A stretch of DNA of 32,000 nucleotides from an uncultured Actinomycetes bacterium (lineage in GTDB: Bacteria; Actinomycetota; Acidimicrobiia; IMCC26256; PALSA-610), in assembly GCA_963782465.1 (NCBI GenBank), contig CAWAJR010000001.1:205153-237152 (forward strand), written 5' to 3'. The notes below the pieces were generated by a model. It was not told where the DNA came from. It did no database searches and saw nothing but the letters and a program-made list of their open reading frames with translations. Position numbers and translations under genes: made by a program. Numbering within the stretch: position 1 is the first letter of the stretch; every line of letters begins with the position of its first letter. Below, one piece after another: positions 16,160 through 24,650 of this stretch.

Positions 16160-18275
16160 GCGGCCGTCCAGCGGAACGCGCCCTCGTGCACGTCACCGCG
16201 ATACTTGCCGGGTTGCAGCCCGACGAGCCGACCGAGCACGTGTGATTCGATGTTCCGCTCGATGTGGCGAGCTCCATAGGTAGGGCTGTAGCCGTCCCGC
16301 GCGATCCACTCGACGGCCGCTTCGCTGAGTTCGAGGTGCCAGCCCAGCTCCGACAGCGCCGCGAACGAGCGAGCGATCTCCGATTTCGCGATGTCGGCGA
16401 TGACGTCGGGGCCGAGAGGTTCGAACACGACGATGCCGTCGAGCCGGTTCACGAACTCGGGAGGCATGGCCCGTTCGATCGACGCGCGCACGGCGGCGGT
16501 GGTGGCGGCGGTCTCGGGTTCGGCGCCGAGGAAGCCGACCGGGTTCGCAGAGAACGCCCGCGCACCGAGGTTCGAGGTCATGATGATGACGGTGTCGCCG
16601 AAGCGGGCGACCCGTCCCCTCGAGTCGGTCATGCGCCCGTCGTCGAACACCTGGAGAAAGGCGTTCCACACGAGTGGGTGTGCCTTCTCGATCTCGTCGA
16701 GCAACACGATCGACACCGGCGCGTCGATGACTTTGGTGGTGAACCATCCCTGCGGCTCGTTCGAGCCGACATAGCCCGGGTGCGGGCCGTAGAGGCGGTT
16801 CACCGACCACTCCTCGGCGTACTCGCTCATGTCGAGCCGGATCATCCGGTCCTCGGCTCCGAACAGTTCCGCCGCGAGAGCCTTCGCGAGCGCGGTCTTC
16901 CCGACGCCAGTCGGCCCCGCGAACAGGAACACGCCGTTGGGCCGGTACGGGCGAAGGTCGAGCCGCGCGCTCGTGAGCGCGAGCCGCGCGGTGAGCACAT
17001 CGATCGCACGCTCCTGGCCCTTGACCCGTTCCCGCAGCCGCGCTCCGAGGTCGTCGGGCTCGACCGCCTTCCAGGTCGAAACGGCATCACCGAGCTCGAA
17101 ATCGTCGGGCACCACCTCGCGATGCCGGCGCAGGCGCGCGCGCAACGCCGCGCGGTCGAGGCGGTCGAGCAGCAGTCCGGGGTGCGCGCGGGTCTCGCCC
17201 GGTCGCCGCGGTTGCATCGCGATCTCGCGCATCGCACTTGGGATGTCGACCCGGTGGTGCCGGGCCAATGCCGGCGCGCGGCTTCGCGCGATTTCACGGA
17301 GCTGTGCGTCGTCGAGGGCCGGCAGGCGCACCATTTCGAGCTCGGCGTAGAGCTCGGGCTCCTCGGCTTCGAGTCGGTTCCGGAAGTTCTCGTCGAGGGT
17401 CGCGACCGACAGGATGTCGGGTCGACCGAGGATCGAACGGACCACACCTCGAAGGTCGAGGTCGACGGCCGGCGACGACAGGAGCAAGAGAACTTCGAGA
17501 TCGTCGAGGACGAGGATCGCGGTGTTGGGCGCACCGCCACGGATGGCTCGCAACTCGTCGGCGCGGTGCGCGCCGAGTACCGCTTCGGCGCGCACCCGCA
17601 CGACCTGGCGGTCGGCCAGCCCGATCCGTGCTCCTTCCGTGGCGAGGCGCGTCGCCAGCGCACGGATCGCGCTCGTTCGCCCGGCACCCGGTGGTCCGAT
17701 GATGCAGGGGCTCGACGGGGTGAACCGCGCGAGCTGTTCGAGCAGCTGGTCGACGACGGCGTCGAGACCGACCAGGCCCGCTTGCGGCCCGACGACCTCG
17801 AACGTCGCGGTCGGGTCGAGCTCGCGTTCGGGTACGGCAGGGGGTACCGAACTCCAGTCGATGCCGTCACCTTCGACGGCATCCTCGCCGAAGATCGCCC
17901 GGGCCGACATCGGCTCGTCGCGCGCCGACGCCGAGCCCTGCGACGGGGGAGCCGGGAGATCGAGTTCGGCGCGCACCGCGTCGCCCAACCGCTCGAACGG
18001 GTCGCCCCCTTCGGTTGCCGACCACTTCAGCATGTCGGTGCACTGCTCCGAGAGTTTCGGGGGGCTCGGCCCCTTCTGTAGCTCGGACCCGAGCCGCGCC
18101 AACTGTTCGTGAACACCTGGTCCGAACACGCGCGCCGCGCGATCGCGGTCGACGATGAGCATCGCGCGCGCAAGATGCACTGCGGTGACGGCGGCGTCAC
18201 CGTCGCGCGTGTCGCGAGCTCATCAGCGCAGACGAGTACGTCGGTCAGGACCGGCGGGAGTTCGATCTTGCTCAC
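16156..18275 (-). pseudogene. ClpC/ClpA-like double-AAA+ ATPase with a Clp_N-like N-terminus, degenerate first NBD and intact second NBD; apparent 1-nt deletion near 18203-18210
   Basis: NBD2 has FAGPTGVGKTALAKALA, VLLDEIEKAHP, IIMTSN and GARHIERNIE. NBD1 has IIGPPGAGRTS (Walker A Lys replaced by Arg) and LVLDDLE. A VGF tripeptide lies in the loop that carries the ClpP-docking motif in ClpC. The N-terminus MSKIELPPVLTDVLVCADELATR (track ORF 18027-18275) joins DGDAAVTAVHLARAMLIVDRD in the main frame. 2120+1 nt = 707 codons. Confidence 0.75.
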
Positions 18276-18574
18276 GACACCATCGAGTCGGATCGCTGCG
18301 AACGGTGCCGGGTCTTCGGGTGCACTGCGCGTTGAGCATAGGTGCGACGCTCGTGCTTGCGCAGTTGCGCGCGCTCGTACACCCGTAGTTTTCTGGTCGG
18401 GGTGAGAAGTTCGTCGCGCGTCACGATGAGAAGCGTTGCCTTTCCATTCGCACGTCGCGTCGCCTCGACGGCGTCAATGGTCGCCGCTGTCGTCGTACCA
18501 TCTCGCGCGCGCCGCGGGCGCCATCCACGACGCGAAGAGGGCGAGTGCGTGTATGACTGGCGATGAGTCCACAA
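18272..18574 (-). CDS. Possible small basic protein upstream of the Clp-like gene (start uncertain)
   Basis: The ORF ends ...SDSMVS* and its TGA overlaps the Clp-like GTG start (GTGA), suggesting translational coupling. The most protein-like part is IDAVEATRRANGKATLLIVTRDELLTPTRKLRVYERAQLRKHE. I recognised no family. Confidence 0.25.
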   Translation of the reverse strand: MWTHRQSYTHSPSSRRGWRPRRARDGTTTAATIDAVEATRRANGKATLLIVTRDELLTPTRKLRVYERAQLRKHERRTYAQRAVHPKTRHRSQRSDSMVS

Positions 18575-18690
18575 GCGGAATCTGCCGAGGATCTCGTCGA
18601 GGGTGTCGTCGACATCTATGTAGCGAAGACGTTCTGCATCTCGGCGGCGTCGAACCGTTCTGCGACTGGCTTTGACACGGGGGCCTCTAT

Positions 18691-19638
18691 ATGCGCGAAG
18701 TCTTTTTGAGCTACTCGAGGGCCGACGCAGAATTCGTGCGCAAGCTCAGTGCTGGACTGCGCGATGGCGGCTACGACGTCTTTTACGACGAAGATCTGAC
18801 CGGCGGCCAAAGATGGTGGGACACACTGCTCGATCATGTAGAGCAGTGCGACGGGTTCATCCCGATCCTGAGCGAGAGCTATGTCGAATCCGAGCCCTGC
18901 CGGCGCGAGGCTTCCTATGCCGTGGCGCTCGGCAAGACGATGCTGCCCGTCACAACCGGAAGTTCGCAGATTCCTGGCCGCTTGCTGTTGGCGGAGATCG
19001 CCGAGGCACAGTGGGTGTCGTACGACCCACTGAAACCCGACACGATCTGGGCGCTGGTCCGGGCATTGAATCGGCTGCCCGCGCCGAGTCCGATGCCAGA
19101 GCCGTTACCGCGCAGACCCGAGGTCCCGATCTCGTATCTCGTGGAGTTCGACCAAATGATCGACTCCCAACAGGAGATGACCGCGGCCGAGCAACACGAT
19201 CTGGTCGATCGCCTCATCAGCAGTGCCGGCCGTGGCGATCCCGGCGACGTGCGACGACTTCTCCAGCGACTCCGTATGCGGCCAGACATCAGGGCGGTCG
19301 TCGCGGAGCGCATCGAAGCGTTTCTTGCGAGCCGGCTATCGAGCACTTCTGAGAAAACCCTTGAGGGCGCACCTGTGCCGGACGGAGGTGAGGCGCGCTC
19401 GACGCGAGGGGTGGATCGCATCCCGGATCCACCGCCGCACGCAGGCAAACAACTCCTCATTGAAGACGCCCGAGCTCGCGGCAGACCACTTACGTTGTGG
19501 GAACCTGTAAGGCCTCAAGAACCCGGTCCTGGCGCCATGCATTTCAATGACGCCTGGTGGGCCTGGTTGTGGTGGAACGAGAGCGCGGAGGCTTGGTACC
19601 GCTACGACGCTCACGAACACAGCTGGTTCCCACTCTGA
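18691..19638 (+). CDS. TIR-domain protein (N-terminal TIR, helical middle region, Trp-rich C-terminal tail)
   Basis: MREVFLSYSRADAEFVRKL...FIPILSESYVESEPCRREASYA. The putative catalytic Glu is E73 (gag, 18907-18909). The tail is HFNDAWWAWLWWNESAEAWYRYDAHEHSWFPL. GGGGG lies 7 nt before the ATG. G+C is modestly lower than in the flanks (33/60 at 18661-18720 by my count). Confidence 0.8.
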   Translation: MREVFLSYSRADAEFVRKLSAGLRDGGYDVFYDEDLTGGQRWWDTLLDHVEQCDGFIPILSESYVESEPCRREASYAVALGKTMLPVTTGSSQIPGRLLLAEIAEAQWVSYDPLKPDTIWALVRALNRLPAPSPMPEPLPRRPEVPISYLVEFDQMIDSQQEMTAAEQHDLVDRLISSAGRGDPGDVRRLLQRLRMRPDIRAVVAERIEAFLASRLSSTSEKTLEGAPVPDGGEARSTRGVDRIPDPPPHAGKQLLIEDARARGRPLTLWEPVRPQEPGPGAMHFNDAWWAWLWWNESAEAWYRYDAHEHSWFPL

Positions 19639-19874
19639 AATGTTCGAAGCATCGCGGCGAATTCGACGTCGCCAAGCGGGTATCCCGGCGAAACGATCGG
19701 TGTCGCTCGCGCGGCAGACCTGCGCGACCTCCTTCGGTAACTGACCGGTCTTGTCGATGAAGCGCGCCATGTAACCGCTGTGCAGTTGCGCAGTACCTGG
19801 GCGCGGCCGTAGGTTGCCGCGGGTCGTGCCGGGGTGGTTGCATTCGTCGTTCGTTCGCGCCGAGAGGCGCCGCC

Positions 19875-22173
19875 TTGCCGTCGCTCGCGGCGTTTCGAGC
19901 GCCATACAGCTGGTCCACTTACGTTTCCGGTTCGGGCGCGCGTAGGGTGCTCGGCGCGTTTCGCTATCGGCTTCTCGTCGCGCTGAGCGGGCCTGCCGGG
20001 CGCCAGGACGTCGTGCGGCGCGCTCGCTACGCCCTCATTGCGACGGTCGGCGCGCTGGCGACCGGGCTCGGGTTCTGGGGTTGGTTGCGCTATCGGACGG
20101 AGCATCCCGACCAACACCTCGACCTGATCGCGCTCGTTTACGGGACCTGGGCGCTGTTCGCGTGGGGGAGCAACATCGAACGGGTGCCGTGGCAGCTCGG
20201 TGTCGCCCGCGTACTCGCACCGCTCGTGACGGCCGGTGTGATCGTCGAGTTCGGCCTCGTCGCCGCCGCGAACCAACTGCGCAAGGCGGTGGCGAGACGC
20301 TCGATCGGGCACGTCGTCGTCGTCGGTCCGGCCGAGCGGGTACATGCGTACCTCCGTGACGACGACGGAAGGCCGCACCGGCCGCCCGTGCACGTCACCC
20401 CGACCGGCACTGCACCGGAGCCGGACACGATCGTGCTCGCGGGTGACGACGCCGCGACGTGGATCACCGAGACGAACGCCCGGCAAGCTCGAGCGCGTTG
20501 TGCTCGCTCTCGGCCGCGACGACCGCAACCTCGCCGCGCTGACGGCCGCGTTCGAGCACGACATCCCGCAACCGGGCGCCGAGCTCATCGTCGAGATCGA
20601 CGACCTCGCGCTGGCCCTGCGTCTCGCGGTGCAGCTCGTCGTGGAGCGGCCCGGAGCGTCGATCGAGGTGATCTGCGTCGACGAAGCGCGCGCCGCATTC
20701 GCGTCCGCACAGATGGTCGACGCCTTCGCTCGCGTCTTCGGCTTCCGCGACGCGCGTTCCGTTTCGATGGAGCCGGAGGCGATCGAGGCACTCGAGCGCG
20801 ATCTCTCCGATGAAGCCGCGAGCGCGAACGTTCCGGTGGTCGCCGTCGTCGGCGACGGCGTGTTGCCGCGCCTGATCGTCGAGCACCTTGCCGCCGGGCT
20901 CGGGAGCCTCGGCAGTCTTACGAGCCGAAGCCTGTTCCCGCTCGTGGTCGTGGAGCCGGATGCGAGGCGGCGAGCGGAACTCGAACGCATCATCTCCGAC
21001 CCGTCGAAGGTCGCGACTTCGTTCGCGCCAGAACATCGCGCGTTGCTGCACGAGTGGTCACCAGGCAGTTGGGAAGCCGGCACGCCGATCCTCGCGGTCG
21101 TCGACTACGTCGATCCCGGCGAGACGGCACGGCGGGCCGTCGAACTGGTGTGCACCCGGCCCCAGTCGACCGTCTGGGTCCCGGGCGAGCACGAGCTGCT
21201 GCCGGGCGACGAAGTCTCGGCCCAGGCCGGTGCGCCGCGGGGACACCTACACGTGTTGTCGCGCCGAGCGATGGAGGACGCCCGGTACCTCGTCGGGCCC
21301 TTTCACCGTGTGGCACAACTGCACAACGACGACGCCGACCTGCGCAACGAGTCGGAACGCGACCGCCTGCCCACCAGGCCGGGCGCCGGCGAGGAACGGC
21401 AACCGATCGAGCACTGGGCACCGGCACAGGTTCGGTCGGGTGTTCGCACGCTCGAACGATGCGGGTGGAACGTCGTCCCGGCGCTCGGCGTCGCGTGGAC
21501 GGCGGAGCCGCGTGTCGAAGCGCTGCTCGACGAGCACACGCGGCGCGAGCTGGCCGGCACGGCGGGCGGCGCGCTCCGCGACGGCGACCAGCTCGTGCAT
21601 TGGCTCGCCCAGGTAGGCCTCGCGGTGACACGCGCGCCAGACGACCACGATCGACGGAACGGAAGGCTCGACCGTATGGCCGACGTTGCAATGCCCGAAG
21701 ACGATGCCATCGAGGTCATGGCCAGGCTCATCCATGGCAACTACATCGAGGCCCGCAAGGCGGAAGGCGAGTTCGACGCGGAACACCCGGCGATGAAGCC
21801 GTGGGAGCAGTTGTCGGCCAAGCTCCGCGGCCAGAACCGCGACCAGGCCCGGAACAACGTGCTGAAGCTCGCGTCGATCGGTCTGCGCGTCGTGCCGGCC
21901 GCGGGGGGCGAAGCCGAACCCGTGGGGCTGACCGAAGACCAGGTGCTCGTCCTCGCGCGGCGCGAACACGAGCGCTGGGGGACGCAGAAGCGCGCGCAGG
22001 GCTACCGGTACGGTCAGGAGCGAATGGACACCGGCGACAAACAGCATCCCGATCTCGTCGCGTGGGAGGAGCTCACCGACGCCGACCGGGAGAAGGACAT
22101 CGCGCCGGTGCGCCAGATCGTCGCCGTGCTGGCCGAGGCGGGCTACACGGTCGTGCCGGCTGCCACCGAGTAG
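19875..22173 (+). pseudogene. Membrane protein: about 3 TM helices, two TrkA-N/RCK-like Rossmann-type domains and two RyR (ryanodine-receptor) domain repeats; apparent 1-nt insertion near 20478-20486
   Basis: Track ORFs 19875-20813 and 20344-22173 join at ...IVLAGDDAATWITETNA / KLERVVLALGRDDRNLAAL, a continuous TrkA_N-like pattern. Candidate TM helices: YALIATVGALATGLGFWGWL, LDLIALVYGTWALFAWG and VLAPLVTAGVIVEFGLVAAA. RyR repeat 2 is LARREHERWGTQKRAQGYRYGQERMDTGDKQHPDLVAWEELTDADREKDIAPVRQIVAVLAEAGYTV; repeat 1 is MARLIHGNYIEARKAEG...KPWEQLSAKLRGQNRDQARNNVLKLASIGLRV. The start is uncertain (TTG 19875 or GTG 19947). Confidence 0.65.
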
Positions 22174-22225
22174 CGCATCGACCGCGCGAGTCGAGTTGCT
22201 CGCGCTTCACCGATCGGGGGGGGAC

Positions 22226-24634
22226 ATGCCAAAGCGGATCTTCATCAGCCACCGAGTCGACGACGCGGGCGGGACGGCCGGGCGCATCTACGACGCACTC
22301 GTGCAGGAGTTCGGCAAGGAACGGGTGTTCTTCGATGGCGAGAGCCTTCACCGTGGCGACAACTGGAGAGAGAAGATCGAGCAGACCCTCGACGAGACCG
22401 ACGCGATGATCGTGGTGATCGGGCGAGGGTGGCTGGAGGAGTTCGACGCTCGCCGCAGCCAGGGAACGCGCGATGTGCACAAGCAAGAACTCGAAGCGGC
22501 GCTCAAGCGTCAGCTGCCAATGTTCCTGACCCTCGTGGACGGCGCGGGAATGCCCTCGAGGGACCTGCTGCCGCGGGGCCTCAAGAAGCTGAACGAGATC
22601 GAGGCGCAGCCTCTCCCGCAGAAGGGCTTCCAGCACTACGTCGAACGCCTCGTCCAGGACATCGAAGAACGGCTCCGGGAAGGCTCGGGCGGGGACGACC
22701 ACGATCCGGCGCGCCCGGTGCACGGGACCGTCACCCTGACCGTGGCGCCCTACGGGGCCGCCGACTACCTCGGCATCGCGACTGCGGCCCGAGACGCACC
22801 CGAGGGCGCAACCATCCTCGTGAAACCCGGCGTCTACCTGGAGCCGGTGGTTATCAACCGGCCACTTCAGATCGTGGCGGACGGAGACCGCGACGATGTC
22901 GTCCTGGAAGTGGAGGACGGCGCCGCGATAACGAGTACGGCGCAAACTGGCCGGGTGCTGGGGCTGAGGATCGCGTCTGCCGCGCGCCAGGACGGCGTCG
23001 GAGTCCACGTCGCTTCCGGTCGCCTGCACGTCGAGCAGTGCACGGTCTCGGGGAACTCGCGCGAAGGGTCGATCGGGGTGCTGGTCGACGGGGCCGACGC
23101 GCGCCCGGTGTTCCGCGACTGCCATGTCCACGACTGCGAGACCGGGGTGGTCGCGCGCGGCGCCGCGACACCGCGCTTCGAGTCGTGCGAGATCTCTGCG
23201 ATCGTAGGCGCCGGGGTCGAGGTGTCGGATGGAGCCGATCCCGCGTTCCACGCGTGCCGGGTCCACGACATCGGGACCAACGGCATCGCTGTCGACGGCA
23301 GCGGTACCGGGACCTACGAAGACTGCGACATCACGGCAGCAAACGGGCCCGCGGTCGCCGCCGGAGATGGTGCCGACCCCGTCTTCCGAGCGCTCACCCT
23401 GAGGGGGTTGGCGAAGAACGGTGTGTTCGTGGCGGCCGGCGGCCGCGGAACGTACGAAAACTGCCGTATCGAAGGGTGCACCACCGACAGCTACGCGGCC
23501 GTGTCGATCGCCGAGGGTGCCGAGCCGGTGTTCCGCGACCTCATGGTGGTCGGCGGTGCGTCGAACGGCGTCGAGGTTCGCCCCGGCGGCAGGGGCCTCT
23601 TCGAGCGCTCCGAGATCAGCGGAACGCAATCAACTGCGATCTCCGTCGGCGACGGTGCCGATCCTACGTTTCATACGCTCACACTCAGCGGGCTCGGTGC
23701 CAACGGGTGTGTCATCGCCGCCGGCGGACGGGGAACGGTCGAAGACTGCCGTATCGAAGGGTGCACCACCGGGGGGTACCCGGCGGTGTCGGTGGGTGAC
23801 GGTGCGGAGCCGGCGTTCCGCAACCTCGTCATTACCGGCGGCCAGTCGTACGGGGTGTGGGCGCGTGAAGGCAGCCGCGGAACGTTCGAAGACTGCCGGG
23901 TCTCCGGTTCCGGCGACGCGGGGGTCCGCATCGAGGCAGGTGCCGACCCGCGGTTCGGAACGCTTGTCCTCGCACGACTGGGCCAGAACGGGGTCGTGGT
24001 CGCGGCCAACGGGCGCGGCACGTTCGAACACTGTCGTATCGAAGGGTGCACCACCGGCAAGTACCCGGCGGTGTGGGTGGGGAACGGCGCCGACCCGGTG
24101 TTCCGGCGGCTCGTCGTCGCTGGCGGGAAGTCGAACGGGGTGTACGCCTCTGAGGGCAGCCGCGGGACGTTCGAAGACTGTGAGATCGCTGCGATCGAGG
24201 TGGCTGCGATCTGGGTCGCGGCCGCCGCGGACCCGACGTTCCGACAGGTCCGCGTCCACGACGGGCGTTTGTTCGGCGTGTTTGTCGACGGTGGGCGGGG
24301 CCGGTTCGAGCGCTGCGAGATCTTCAGAACGCTGCTGTCCGCTTTCAAGGTGACGAAGGAGGGAGACCCGACCGTCGTGGAGGCGCACATCCACGACATC
24401 GGCCCTCAGGTGGCCGCGCGGTCGGGTTCCGCCGGACGGCGGCTGACGAGGCGCGCGTTGGCGGCCGCCTTCTCCGCGCACGCCATCGCCTCGGATGGCA
24501 AGGGAACCTTCCTCGACTGCACGATTTCGGCGACGCACGACGCGCCGATCTCCCCCAAGACGGTGGCGAACGGCCAGTGCCGGATCGAGCGTTGCACGGT
24601 GGACGGTGAACTGTGGACCAGTGGTGGGACGTGA
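22226..24634 (+). CDS. TIR-domain protein fused to a long right-handed parallel beta-helix (PbH1/pectate-lyase-like) repeat region
   Basis: MPKRIFISHRVDD...DAMIVVIGRGWLE...DVHKQELEAALKRQLPMFLTLVDGAGMP is TIR_2-like, with putative catalytic E88 (gaa, 22487-22489). About 640 aa of G-A-D-P-x-F / G-R-G-T-F-E-D-C periodic repeats follow. ATG 22226 lies 2 nt after a G8 run. Confidence 0.8.
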   Translation: MPKRIFISHRVDDAGGTAGRIYDALVQEFGKERVFFDGESLHRGDNWREKIEQTLDETDAMIVVIGRGWLEEFDARRSQGTRDVHKQELEAALKRQLPMFLTLVDGAGMPSRDLLPRGLKKLNEIEAQPLPQKGFQHYVERLVQDIEERLREGSGGDDHDPARPVHGTVTLTVAPYGAADYLGIATAARDAPEGATILVKPGVYLEPVVINRPLQIVADGDRDDVVLEVEDGAAITSTAQTGRVLGLRIASAARQDGVGVHVASGRLHVEQCTVSGNSREGSIGVLVDGADARPVFRDCHVHDCETGVVARGAATPRFESCEISAIVGAGVEVSDGADPAFHACRVHDIGTNGIAVDGSGTGTYEDCDITAANGPAVAAGDGADPVFRALTLRGLAKNGVFVAAGGRGTYENCRIEGCTTDSYAAVSIAEGAEPVFRDLMVVGGASNGVEVRPGGRGLFERSEISGTQSTAISVGDGADPTFHTLTLSGLGANGCVIAAGGRGTVEDCRIEGCTTGGYPAVSVGDGAEPAFRNLVITGGQSYGVWAREGSRGTFEDCRVSGSGDAGVRIEAGADPRFGTLVLARLGQNGVVVAANGRGTFEHCRIEGCTTGKYPAVWVGNGADPVFRRLVVAGGKSNGVYASEGSRGTFEDCEIAAIEVAAIWVAAAADPTFRQVRVHDGRLFGVFVDGGRGRFERCEIFRTLLSAFKVTKEGDPTVVEAHIHDIGPQVAARSGSAGRRLTRRALAAAFSAHAIASDGKGTFLDCTISATHDAPISPKTVANGQCRIERCTVDGELWTSGGT
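23369..24223 (+). repeat. Three tandem 285-bp (95-aa) units inside the beta-helix coding region
   Basis: The units start at 23369, 23654 and 23939, each opening with ggtgccgac/t (GADP). Each contains tgccgtatcgaagggtgcaccacc (or tgtcgtatcgaagggtgcaccacc), encoding CRIEGCTT. Confidence 0.8.
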
Positions 24635-24650
24635 GCCAGGGGGCGCGCCA

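Noticed and set aside
16264-18081. 605-aa plus-strand ORF, plus 16842-17882 and 16193-16810 on the minus strand
   Set aside because: They are antisense or alternative frames of the Clp-like ATPase gene and carry no motifs.
18276-18690. A multi-frameshift reconstruction of a larger protein upstream of the Clp-like gene (fragments ERFDAAEMQNVFAT, YIDVDDTLDEILGRF, PVIHALALFASWMAPAA)
   Set aside because: It would need two or more extra frame changes within 200 nt, far above the error density seen elsewhere. Only the terminal ORF 18272-18574 was kept, at low confidence.
19611-23629. ORFs 19611-21083 (-), 20990-21691 (-), 21054-22409 (+), 21247-22047 (-) and 22073-23629 (-)
   Set aside because: They overlap the RyR-protein and TIR-beta-helix genes in other frames, with Arg/Pro-rich or antisense-type composition.
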